Shown piece by piece: positions 1 through 11,585 of a stretch of DNA of 64,000 nt. Both the position numbers and the translations under genes were made by a program. This stretch comes from Eledone cirrhosa (Eukaryota). The notes beneath the pieces are model-generated. The model was given only the letters and a program-made list of their open reading frames with translations, was not told the DNA's origin and searched no databases. The DNA is taken from positions 311,302,001-311,366,000 of the forward strand of contig OZ024740.1 in the NCBI GenBank assembly GCA_964016885.1, read 5' to 3'. Numbering within the stretch: the stretch's first letter is position 1; each line of letters starts with the position of its first letter.

Positions 1-853
1 TTTATCGATCAGAAATAGCAATTATTACTGAAAGTTATAAGCGAAAGAAAAACAATTAAAACACTGTCTCCAATTTGATTAGGTTAAACGAAACTTTTTA
101 ATGTTTTGTTTTGAATCAGCATATCAGACTTTTTAATTCATTAATGAAGGCGATGATATCAGCAATTATATGATTAATTATATGCCACACGAACATAATG
201 GGATTTTTTTTGCCCGTTTACATAAGGAAATTATATTAGCTATTTAAAATTTATTAGAAAAGTTGACCATCCAACTGTTATGTTCAGAGATTATTCACAG
301 TGTGTCTGAATAGAAAAATAATTTCCAATTTTATATTAATAACGTTGTCTCTAATCCCAATATGCAGTCAAGGAAACCTCTGTATACCTCGAATTCGTCT
401 AGTGTTTTTCGAGAAAGTCAGTTTGGTGGAATCAATTCGTATTCAATTTAAACCACAGGAAAATGTTCATATCTGCACTGCAAACCAATGAGAAATGCTT
501 CAATTCCAAGAATTGAAATTTTTACATCTTGTTCTAGGTTTTGGAAATTTTGCTTTCTTTTTTGAAACATCAACCCCCTCCCCAAAAAACACCAACCAAC
601 TCAGTGGACAAACTTACAGTGTATAAATTCCTGCAACTCTGTGGTTCGATACATTCACCTAACCATATTTGCAAATCAGGATTACACGACCAACTGTGCA
701 AATAACATCATTAGCATTCCAGCTTGAGTGTGCTGCCATGATTTTATATTTGATGTTATGTAAGAGTGAAAATAAATTTACGTGTGTGTATGCATATATA
801 TATGTATGTGTGTGTGTGTGTATGTGTGTGTGCGTGTATGTGTGTGTGTATGC

Positions 854-895
<42 letters not shown>

Positions 896-1086
896 TATAT
901 ACTCGAGTAATAGTTAGTCTCATGTAAAGGTCAACCCTAGTATTTCACGAATAACAGGTCAACATTTGTGGGTCAATGTATCAACGTAGAAATAACATGG
1001 TAATCTAAACTATACTAAAGTAAGAAGCGCGGGACTGCGTACGGTTTATAATTTGTTATCCCCTTAGTAAAATAAGTTGGATTACT

Positions 1087-1618
1087 TTGAATAAATAATT
1101 GTTTCTACGTTAGGAACAAGGCCAGCAATTACCCAGTGCATTACTGGTACTTTATTTTATCGACCCCGTAAAGATGAAAGGCAAAGTTTACCTTGGCGGG
1201 ATTTAAACTCAGAAAGGCAAGGGCCATAACTCTATACGTCAAAGCATGGCGTCCGACCCTCAACCAATACTGCCAATCCACTGCCCCTTGAATAAATAAT
1301 TGTTTCTAGAATAGGCACAAGGCCAGCAATTATTCCAGTGTATTACTGGTACTTTATTTTATCGACCCCCGTTAGGATGAAAAGCAAAGTTAACCTCGAC
1401 GGGATTTGAACTCAGAATGGCAAGGGCCGTAACTCTATGCGTCAAAGCATGGCGTCCGACCCTCTACCGATACTGCCAATTCACAGCCTTTGAATAAATA
1501 ATTGTTTCTATTTTAGGCACAAGGCCAGCAATTCCTCAGTACATTACTGGTACTTTATTTTATCGACCCCGTAAGGATGAAAGGCAAAGTTAACCTCGGT
1601 GGGATTTGAATAAATAAT
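1087..1618 (-). mobile_element. Three tandem tRNA-derived SINE copies (two ~200 bp, the third 5'-truncated)
   Basis: Reverse complement shows A-box-like TGGATTGGCAGTATTGG, B-box-like GAGTTCAAATCC and core CCTTTCATCCTTACGGGGTCGATAAAATAAAGTACCAG. Units are separated and flanked by TTGAATAAATAAT. The same family recurs elsewhere in the window. Confidence 0.85.
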
Positions 1619-2668
1619 GAATGAATATTACATAATTTATCTACTAAATTTCGTGGCGGTTCATTAAATATATTTTATTACTTATTTAAAGATTCACTTC
1701 TTTAAAATTTTCAAATGTCAACACTTCCGGTTGACGATCGTTTAAATAAATATTCATATATTTCTGTCACTAATTTTCTCCTAATGCAGTTTATATATAA
1801 TATCGTCTTTTTTTAATGTATCATGGATTACGTTACTGATTACATAAGACAGTGTAATACAGTCTTCCTTCAATTTCTGTTTATATTGTCAATTACGATT
1901 TTATTTGATCATATCTACATGCATATATACTTGCGTATAATATCAATATACACACTACACATGCCAGCAGAAAACCACCCGAAGGGTGGTTTTTCTGCTA
2001 GTATACAGTAATTATGAGATATAAATTGATTTCACTAAGCTAGTCGGTTAAGTTTATTGGATACGAGTAAAAGAGCTACGCAGCCTTGTTTATGGATTTT
2101 ATTTACTATGGCGTGTTTTGAGAGAGAAAGAGAGGGAGAGAGAGAGAAATAGTTATTTGTACAGTTAAAAATGAAAATAATTAAATAAATAAAAGTAAAT
2201 ATTAGCCTTTAATAATTGATAGAATAACCGAACCCGGTATCCAACGATGTAAAATACTTCAGGAAATCAATACATAAGTGTAAGGTAGGTAAGACCGTAA
2301 AGATGCCAAAGGTTAATATTTTTTAAAATGCATAAATTTTTATTTAGCAGTCAGGTGATTCAGTAGTACAACTGCTGATTATATACCTGCTAATTCTAAT
2401 TGGCAAAGACTGTTCTGATTTCAATCACCTCCTCGTGCCCGGAAGAAGAAGATATTTATTTTATTTTCTCGTTTTGCAAACTCAAAGAAGGTAGAAATGA
2501 GAAGAAACACCGCTCGCCTTGCAAGCTCTAGCGGTGGTTCTGTGACTATAGCTTACTTCGACACACACGCACATTTATAGTAAGAGGTTAACCAAACAAG
2601 GATGTGCGGACCACTTAATGATCTGTCGGTTGTAAAGTAGATAAAGGAAAGCGATCAACGCTCAATAA

Positions 2669-2905
2669 AAATCCGAAGCAATATTCATTTGATTTTGGTT
2701 AATTAAAATCTGTAATGTACATTTCGCTGAGGACTATCAGTTATGACAGTCTGAGCTTCTCAAACGGTAAACCTATAAAACAATGAAATATTTTTAAAAA
2801 GCCTTTAGATTTGGAAAGCTCAGGCTGTCATAACTGATAGTATTCAGCGAAATGTACATTGCGGACTTTAATAAAACAAAACCAAATGAATATTGCCTCG
2901 GATTT
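2669..2905. mobile_element. Fold-back element (~95-bp imperfect arms) with decayed hammerhead-like motif, adjacent to (TA)n
   Basis: Arms at ~2669-2764 and ~2810-2905. The right arm has GAAA-TGTACA-TT (2849-2860) followed by AATAAA. The CUGANGA core is degraded. Confidence 0.6.
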
Positions 2906-2906
2906 A

Positions 2907-2974
<68 letters not shown>

Positions 2975-3014
2975 GATATTAAATAAATGGAAACTATATT
3001 TATAAAACCATATT

Positions 3015-3077
3015 TATTCTATTATATATATTTCAATGGTACCAAAAAACTTTGGTACGCTTTCATTAGATAAAATA
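3015..3077 (-). ncRNA. Hammerhead ribozyme motif with G5A core change (CUAAUGA), probably inactive
   Basis: Reverse complement reads TATTTTAT-CTAATGA-stem II-GAAA-TATATA-TA-ATAGAATA. Confidence 0.7.
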
Positions 3078-3116
3078 CAAAGAGTGGCTATGTCAATATT
3101 TATAAAACACTCTTTG

Positions 3117-3178
3117 TATTTTATCTGATGAAAGCGTACCAAAGTTTTTTGGTCCCTTGAAATATATATAATAGAATA
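3117..3178 (+). ncRNA. Minimal type I hammerhead ribozyme with palindromic stem III
   Basis: TATTTTAT / CTGATGA (3125-3131) / AAGCGTACCAAAG..TTTGGTCCCTT / GAAA / TATATA / TA^ / ATAGAATA. Confidence 0.85.
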
Positions 3179-3307
3179 AATATGGTTTTATAAATATAGT
3201 TTCCATTTATTTAATATCATTGAATATTTACTCCAGAAATCTGTCGAGTGTTCTGAATCAGTTATAAACATTTATATTTGTATTTCCAACAAATTAAATA
3301 TCCCTTC

Positions 3308-3363
<56 letters not shown>

Positions 3364-3408
3364 TAAAGAAAACGAAAAATCAGTGATGCATCTGGACTTA
3401 ATTTATTG

Positions 3409-3499
3409 CGTGTTACAATTGTTTCGCCGGCAGGTAGCTCGAGATATGGTCCTTGTATGGATCTGGCTGATTCTACATCTGCGGGTTCTTTCAGACACG
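3409..3499 (-). ncRNA. Hammerhead-like motif with 8-nt core CUGAAAGA and ~60-nt stem II
   Basis: Reverse complement reads CGTGT-CTGAAAGA-ACCCGCAGATGTAG...CTACCTGCCGGC-GAAA-CAATTG-TA^-ACACG-C-AATAAA. Confidence 0.7.
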
Positions 3500-4127
3500 G
3501 GTGTTTCGTCTGGAGCAAATTTTATCACTGGGGTGTTATCATCAAAAAACACCCTAAAAAACCTTACTTCCACTCTTGTCATTACATTGGCTGTTTTTAC
3601 TCCACGTCATCACAAGTTCTGGTCAGTACCTGCTGCCACACGGTTCATCAGCCATTTTCCGTCCGACACATTTCGATGGAGTCATGCTGGGTTCAGTATT
3701 TCACACGTCTGTTCACACTTCAGAGTAAGCACCCACACATACTAATATACACACATAAACACACACACATGCAGACACATACATCTTTATGCATACACAC
3801 ATGTACGCCTACATGCGCAGACACACACACCCCCACATACATACATAAAAGTATATATACACACACACTCTCTCCCTCACTTCCACGGACCCAGTCACAC
3901 CCACTTGTAGATACATATCACCACAAGCCTTATGACGGCTGCTTACTTCGCGCCCTGTATCAGGTGGGATAAGCATGCCTACTCAAACATACACATATAT
4001 ACATACATACGCGCGCACACATACATACGCGCGCACACATACATACGCCCAACCTTATATACATTTATATATATATGCTCACACATGCCCACACATACAT
4101 ACAAATACACATACGTGCACAAACATT

Positions 4128-4192
<65 letters not shown>

Positions 4193-4532
4193 CAAAAAAA
4201 ACGACAACTTAACATGCATACACACATCCACATATATACTTACATATACCTACGCATATGCCGATATACATACATCTACACATGCATACGCACACGTGTT
4301 GCTACATGCATACACCTGCACATATGCATATCTGCCTACACACACATGTGCTTCCACATATACATATATAAACAAAACCGTAAATTAAAAGTTAAAAATA
4401 CATTATGCAATAAAAAACAATATACCATAAAATAACGGTAAATTACCGTAACATAAAAAATATACAATATAATATACATATAATATACAATATGATATAT
4501 ACATATCTCTCTCTCTCCCCATATATATATAT

Positions 4533-4625
<93 letters not shown>

Positions 4626-5759
4626 GTACACAGATTCATACACACATATACGGATATATACGGATATATAAAAAGGATATGTGATAAAGTAATACAACAA
4701 GAATAATAGTAATAATAAAAAGCATATATATTCCATATATAATCATCCGCACACATTCCTATGAGATGCACATAAACACATGCATGTATGCACAAATACA
4801 CATACACACATATAGAGGCCCACATATGCATGCACCCGCACCCACACATATATCTATATATATATACACACACACATATATATATAGACACACTTACCCA
4901 CCCACACACACACCTACTCATACGTGGCTATACGCACATACGCACACATACATAGACATAGATATATATAAATATATTCATATATACACACATATATACA
5001 TATACACACATACACCCACATTCGGCCACATATGTACATACACGCACATGTCTGCACATACACGCGCGTATAAGCTCATGCACACACGCACCCATGCCCA
5101 TACACACACACCAGCACCCACCCACGTATATATATATATATATACATACACACACGTACTACACACACACGTACATATACCCACGCACAGGTCCACACAA
5201 AAACACGCGAATATAAACACAATATGATAATAAAATAAAATAAATAAATAAATTAACAATATTTTAGGGTATAATAAAATCTGTATGTAACTGCATAAAT
5301 AGGTACAAGAAAAAAAGAGGTAAAATAAAAAAACGGGTAAAAAAACAGGGGGGAGGTACTGAGAAGGTGCGTGCGTCCATGCGATATACTACACACAGGT
5401 ATTATGAGATGTAAACTTGTGTCCGTGTATAGAACAGGTAACAGTAACAGAACAATAATGGAACAATAATGATAGTAATAATCATTGTTCCAAAGTGGAA
5501 CAGGTGGAGAGTATATAGTCACGATTGACGGGGTATACATTCAAGGAGGCGCCCGTCCCGGTCGCCATGGGGCATGGCACCGTGGCTGGAGTGTGCTGTT
5601 CTATATGTTTAGGGCACAGGACCGGGCGGCACTGGGCCTCGTGTCAGCCGGTCCCGGCCCATGCGGTGTATCTTCCAATGATGTGTGCCCGGTCAAGTGC
5701 GAACCTGATTTACATGTTTGCCTCACGGGTCGCACACCGTCATCATGGCATGTCCCCTA

Positions 5760-7250
5760 ATACCGTTGGGCCAATCGGGTCTGTGCGTACTCGTTCCCAT
5801 TCCCCCTGCCTGCGTCACCAGGATTCCATGCTGCAAATGTGCATCTTCTGTGGTGTCTGCATGTCATGATAATTTCAGACGTCAGGTTGACGGCATCATC
5901 CTTCAGTCTGACTATCCATGGCCGCGTGTAGGCACAATCGGCACTTTCTACTTCCGGCCGAATATCCCCTCGCGTGGCGAACGATACTCCATTCCAGGGC
6001 GTACGAAGTGCCTTGGTCTTTCAGGTCCCACACCAGGTCCGCTAACCTAGTGGAGTGCCTTTTGCTACGGTCCCTGAAGGAATTCGTGTGATTATACATC
6101 CGCGATTTAAAGGTCGTGGATGTTGCGTCGATGTAAGTTCGATGCGCGTTTTGGGTTGTAACTACACACTTGCATATTAAGTCTTTCATCAAGCATTTTC
6201 CCTGTAGGGGGCACCGGGTGCCCGCTCTACAGTTGAAAGTTCTGCTGTCAGTTCATGTGCGTCCGATGTCCGGGCCCCGATCTGTTATGGCCCTCTCAAG
6301 GTTCTCAGGGTGTTGTACCGCCGACACTATTGTCTCCCCCATGCCACTATTTCCCTCTCGGTGTTGGACCATATCGCCCTCCGCGGGTGCTCTGGTCGCC
6401 TCGGGGGCCGGGTTGTCATTTGAGGGCAGGTCCCTGGGTGGTTCTCCGCGCTCCGAAATACGGTCACTCTGTCGCCGCGGTTGACGGCCAGTGTGCGCCA
6501 TCTTCACCGCGTTAGTTCTAGCCATGTAGTCGGCCATATTCGGCGCCGTGGAGAAGGAAAATTTCACCGTGTGGCGGTTGAAGATTTTGTGGTACTTGTT
6601 TGTCAGCGGAAAGCACTCATCCAGCGCTCGGAAGAAAAGTCCTGGCACGTTGGTGTGTACATGTTTGGAGTAAGGCGCATTGAACCAAGTAACTGCTTTA
6701 GATCTGTTCCTTCGTGTGCGTGGATTCTTGTTGGTGTGTCCAGGGCTCGATGTCCGTCCAGTGCTCGGCCCAACCATAATTTCGTCCCGTGTGTTGTCCC
6801 TGTCTATTTTCCCGCTACGTTCGTCGTGGTTATGCTCTACAGTTATAAAGTTACGTCGTTCTATGTGGTCATCTATACGTCTATTCCTCTTAGGTCTATG
6901 TGATGCTGTTGTCGGTGCTGTAGCACTAGAACCAGGCTGGTCGTGCTCCGTGGCGTGTGCCCCATTTCTATTTGTCGAAGTCCAGTCCAAGGTCCAAGTT
7001 GCCGCGGAGTATGCAGTGTGCGTGCCAGGCCCATACCTCCGCGTACTAGGTGGTCTGGCTCCTATGGGTGCCTTAGTCCTACCTCGGGTCGGTCCTGTGT
7101 CATTAATGCTAGTTGTGTTGTTATTTGTGTTCCTGGCTACTGCTACCAGGTCAATTCTTCTACCTAAGGAGGCGCCCTCGCTATTGGCTGAATATCGAGT
7201 GCTAATTTTGGCATACCGCCTATGGAAGCACCATAGCTACCATTATACAC
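5760..7250 (-). pseudogene. PLE ORF C-terminal part (linker + GIY-YIG endonuclease), disrupted
   Basis: VTWFNAPYSKHVHTN..KYHKIFNRHTVKFSFSTAPN; FNCRAGTRCPLQGKCL; YIDATSTTFKSRMYNH; EWSIV..CRLC; frameshifted end VNLTSEIIMTCRHHRR. Confidence 0.85.
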
Positions 7251-7303
<53 letters not shown>

Positions 7304-7305
7304 TG

Positions 7306-7356
7306 AGATTCTACAGGACTAGAACTGTTTCATTCTTTAGAAATCATCAGGAATCT
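7306..7356 (-). ncRNA. Type I hammerhead ribozyme (inverted copy of 9883-9933)
   Basis: Reverse complement reads AGATTC-CTGATGA-TTTCTAAAGAAT-GAAA-CAG-TTCTAGTC-CTG-TA^-GAATCT. Confidence 0.85.
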
Positions 7357-7524
7357 GGCTTTCCAAAAATAAATGTTGTGGTATTTATATCTTTTCAGGT
7401 GGTAGGAGAGGGTGGGGAGTGGGATGGGTGGAGGTCATTGGTTGAAAGAAAAGGGAATTCATTAAAAGCTAATTCTTTAAGCCTATAATTTATATTTAGA
7501 TATATGTATGTATGTGTGTATGTA

Positions 7525-7587
<63 letters not shown>

Positions 7588-7595
<8 letters not shown>

Positions 7596-8335
7596 CGTAA
7601 AATAAGAAAATACTTTTTTTTTTTTTTTATTTTTTTTAATTTTTTACTTACTTAAATTTTCACTCCAACTAATTAGTTTCTGCAATGGGATAAAGACAGT
7701 TACGTAATCCAACTGTCGAGAATTCATTGCGTCATCAGGGAGTCTATTCTCAGTTAAGTCTCCAGGCAATGCGCGGACACTGGCAGCTCATATAAAAATA
7801 ATAATAATTCGGTAGATCGAACAGCTTGCGAGGACTGGATTCTATGTACCGAAATTCTCACTGCTTCCAGTCAAATGGCCGATTCTAAAGAATCAATCAC
7901 GTGACACAGAGGCTAGTTAGAAGGAATGGGATGGTAAGATGACTGACGCCTACTAACACCCCAAAAAAAATTTTTTTAGAAGTGGTTTTGGCAAGTTTGC
8001 TCGACAAATCAGTGATTTGGAGATAAATATAGATAATTTAATATATCAACTAACATAAGCGCACAGATACACGCCCATGCTAGCAAATACACAGGTTATG
8101 TCATAGTACCTAGGTGGTTCAATGCAGGAGAATGCAGAACAATAATATAAAAGACGTAAAATAAGAAAATACTTTTAAAACATTTTTTTTTTTAAAGTAT
8201 TTTCTTATTTTACGTCTTTTATATTATTGTTCTGCATTCTCCTGCATTGAACCACCTAGGTACTATGACATAACCTGTGTATTTGCTAGCATGGGCGTGC
8301 ATCTGTGCGCTTATGTTAGTTGATATATTAAATTA

Positions 8336-8341
<6 letters not shown>
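7588..8341 (-). mobile_element. Retrozyme-like non-coding element: 559-bp unit with one HHR, partial tandem repeat and terminal fold-back
   Basis: AAAGACGTAAAATAAGAAAATACTTTT occurs at 7591 and 8150 (period 559). A palindrome spans 8027-8341 with ~150-bp arms. Flanks are (TA)n. Confidence 0.75.
7662..7743 (-). ncRNA. Type I hammerhead ribozyme with extended stem II
   Basis: Reverse complement reads ACTCC-CTGATGA-CGCAATG..GACAGTT GGATTACGT AACTGTC..CATTGCA-GAAA-CTAATTAG-TT^-GGAGT. Confidence 0.8.
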
Positions 8342-8391
<50 letters not shown>

Positions 8392-8392
8392 C

Positions 8393-8438
<46 letters not shown>

Positions 8439-8467
8439 GTATGTGTATATATATATATGTGTGTGTA

Positions 8468-8510
<43 letters not shown>

Positions 8511-8644
8511 GTATATGTATGCGTATGTGTGTGTGTGTATATATATATATGTGTGTGTGTGTGTGTTAGTACGGCTGTTACTTAAATATAAGTATATATA
8601 CGTATATACATATATGTATACAGACATTTCGTTTCATTTTTTAC

Positions 8645-8712
<68 letters not shown>

Positions 8713-8809
8713 GTATGTGTTTATGTATTTTGTTTATGTGTATATATATGTGCATTTCTGTAGATGTGTTTGTATATGTTTATATATGTGTATATATATG
8801 TGTATATAT

Positions 8810-9115
8810 GGAGGCACATGGCTTAGTGGTTAGAGCATTGGCCTTGCAATCGAAAGGTTGTGAGTTCAATTCTCAGACCGGGTGATGTGTTGTTTCCTTG
8901 AGCAAGACACTTTATTTCACATTGATCCAGTTTACTCAGCTGTAAAAATGAGATGATAGGGACTGGGGTCCCTATCATTCCACTGCAAAGTGGTCGTGCA
9001 GGTGCCACGGCAAAAAAGCACCCAGCAATCACAGTAAATGAGGTTGGTGTTAGGAAGGGCATCCAGCTGTAGAAATCAAGCCAGAATCAGTTCCCATCCC
9101 AGGGAAAAATAGATG
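8810..9115 (+). mobile_element. tRNA-derived SINE (second family)
   Basis: A box TGGCTTAGTGG, B box GAGTTCAATTC, then TCCTTGAGCAAGACACTT body and AGGAAGGGCATCCAGCTGTA tail, ending in A-rich TAAAA repeats. Confidence 0.75.
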
Positions 9116-9137
9116 TAAAATAAAATAAAAATATATA

Positions 9138-9186
<49 letters not shown>

Positions 9187-9279
9187 GTGTGTGTATATAT
9201 GTATATTTGTGTGTATGTATGTATGTGTATATATATATGTATGTGTGTGTGTGTGTGTGTATATATATACATATATATA

Positions 9280-9364
<85 letters not shown>

Positions 9365-9375
9365 ATGTGTATGTA

Positions 9376-9426
<51 letters not shown>

Positions 9427-9882
9427 ATGTGTGTGTGTGTGTGTATCTGAATGCGTCTGTTGACACCTGGAATATAGCTTAAGAAAAATAATGATATGAT
9501 AGGCACCCAATATTTTGAACTGGATTATAGAATTCTCTTGGCCTTTGTCACTCTAAGTAGAGCTTTAAAGAATTAGCTTTAAAGAATTTCCCTTTTCTTT
9601 AAATCCATCAACCATGACCGACCCCCTACCTTCTTATAGACACCTGAAATATAGGCATTGTTAGCTTAAGAGAAACTTAAAAATAAGGGGTGGCACCCCA
9701 TTCTGAACTTGTTTATAGAATTCTTTCTGTCTTTGTCACTCTAAATATAAATTATAGGCTTAAAGAATTAGCTTTTAATGAATTCCCTTTTCTTTCAACC
9801 AATGACCTCCACCCATCCCACTCCCACCCTCTCCTACCACCTGAAAAGATATAAATACCACAACATCTATTTTTTGAAAGCC

Positions 9883-9933
9883 AGATTCCTGATGATTTCT
9901 AAAGAATGAAACAGTTCTAGTCCTGTAGAATCT
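9883..9933 (+). ncRNA. Type I hammerhead ribozyme
   Basis: AGATTC/GAATCT stem I, CTGATGA at 9889-9895, TTCT/AGAA stem II, GAAA at 9908-9911, ACAG/CTGT stem III, GUA cleavage triplet. Confidence 0.9.
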
Positions 9934-10018
9934 CATCTATATTAAAACTTTTATACTCTGCTATGTATTGAGTACCGTGCTTACTGTGGTTACCTCCGAT
10001 TCAACCCGGAATAACTTA

Positions 10019-10082
<64 letters not shown>

Positions 10083-10086
<4 letters not shown>

Positions 10087-10291
10087 AAAAGGTATGACCC
10101 CGACGGCAGAGCTCAAGCCATTTCGACGGCTATTTCTGGACTAAATTAGAATTTTTAGTCCAGAAATAGCCGTCGAAACGGATTGAGCTCCGCCGTCGGT
10201 GTCATACATTTTCCTATTTTCCACTCTACTACCCTAAGTATTGAGTACTCTGGTACGTTATGGTCCATCTGATTCCTTACCACAATTCCTT

Positions 10292-10297
<6 letters not shown>
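10083..10297 (+). mobile_element. Short fold-back element with the 3' half of an HHR, in (TA)n
   Basis: Hairpin 10083-10217 with GAAA-CGG..CCG-TC^ on the right arm and an ~80-nt tail. Homologous to 21734-21914 and 56244-56341. Confidence 0.75.
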
Positions 10298-10370
<73 letters not shown>

Positions 10371-10495
10371 TAGCTCATTACTGCTATTTTTTAGATGTGT
10401 AAATTTCACAAGATTGTTTTTATTGGATAAGGTAAGACATTTTTAATATATTCTATAATGCGTATATTTACTTTACAATTTTACAACCCAGTCCG

Positions 10496-10572
<77 letters not shown>

Positions 10573-11007
10573 GAAATATCAAAACGAATCATATATATTA
10601 ATTTTTCCAATATATCGTAAACCTTAATATGACAAAATATAACAATATAAAGCAGAGGAGGTGTCGGCCCCGATTTACCTATTTTGGTCAATTCACTAAT
10701 TATATGCAGTTCTTATTTTCTCTCATTCTTCTCGAAATTTGACGATGAGTTATTTGTAAATATTAAGGTCCAGGGAATGCCAATTAGAGGCAGGGGTGCT
10801 TTATCTCCAGTGAAATAAAAATTTATTGGTAAAACGCCAGATGCTTGCCCCCCTACTGGTGTAGAAGTCTCTCGCTACTTGTTGATTATGCACACATACA
10901 CAAACATACACATATGCAAGCGTACATACATACATACATACAATACATACATACATACATACATACATACATACATACATACATACATACATACATACAT
11001 ACATACA

Positions 11008-11534
11008 TGGTGGCTGCCAACTCGTTTTCGAGTACGGCCACTACTTTATATCCATGTAGGAGAACCCCTACCGATGCGCTGAACGAGTGTGACTTTTTAG
11101 TCCAGCCAGCGACTTGAAAACTCTGGTACAAACCCTACACTTGTGACAATTATTGACACATAGTGCTGGGCCCATGGTACCATGTGACGACAAGTGCAGA
11201 GAGATCTCCAGATATAAAGCAATGTCTGTGCCGTGAAGCTTTTATAGTGAGCAAAGGCACTGCACAAAGCCAGTCCCACTCTCTTAACCAAGATGATATT
11301 TACCAAAAAGAAGAACAAGTCAACATCATTGGATACCATCAGGGTCGCAGGTGTTATATCAGAGTTTTCCTTCTCCTAGAATTCTGCCTTGACAAAGGCT
11401 AAGGGGTCATCTCTCCCGGTGATTTTGGATGGCCATTGACTCTTAAGAGCTCCTTTGCCCTTTGACAGGTTTTGTTTTTAGTCCTGCAGGATGTCCAAAG
11501 TCATCCTCCTCACCAAGAAACCTTGGTGGGGTTG
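11008..11534. mobile_element. Unclassified ~530-bp element embedded in (TACA)n
   Basis: Higher-GC unique block bounded precisely by (TACA)n on both sides, with terminal hairpin CACCAAG-AAAC-CTTGGTG. Confidence 0.5.
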
Positions 11535-11554
11535 TACATACATACATACATACC

Positions 11555-11585
<31 letters not shown>

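Larger units (their letters stand above)
2972..3310 (+). mobile_element. Non-autonomous PLE pseudo-LTR fold-back, same family as the pLTR at 55214-56208, flanked by (TA)n on both sides
   Basis: Inverted arms 2972-3086 and 3108-3221 plus an 89-nt unique tail. Closely similar to 55311-55420 (e.g. AAATGGAAACTATATTTATAAAACCATATTTATT). Confidence 0.85.
3361..7253 (-). mobile_element. 5'-truncated GC-rich Penelope-like element (Hydra-like): linker and GIY-YIG remnant, long microsatellite-like 3'UTR and terminal HHR
   Basis: The protein remnant aligns with the 60310 ORF. (TA)n lies at both ends, and an HHR plus AATAAA lies at the 3' end. Confidence 0.8.
7299..10020 (+). mobile_element. HHR-bearing PLE-type terminus (9450-10020) with its inverted copy (7299-7500), and later insertions nested between them
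   Basis: 7299-7500 is the reverse complement of ~9740-9942. 9460-9850 contains two diverged ~180-200-bp tandem units. Outer flanks are (TA)n. Confidence 0.75.

Noticed and set aside
893-960. Tc2/pogo-like TIR (CGTATATACTCGAGTA)
   Set aside because: No matching second terminus was found.
8812-8880. tRNA gene
   Set aside because: A and B boxes are present, but there is no closed acceptor stem and the sequence runs into a SINE body.
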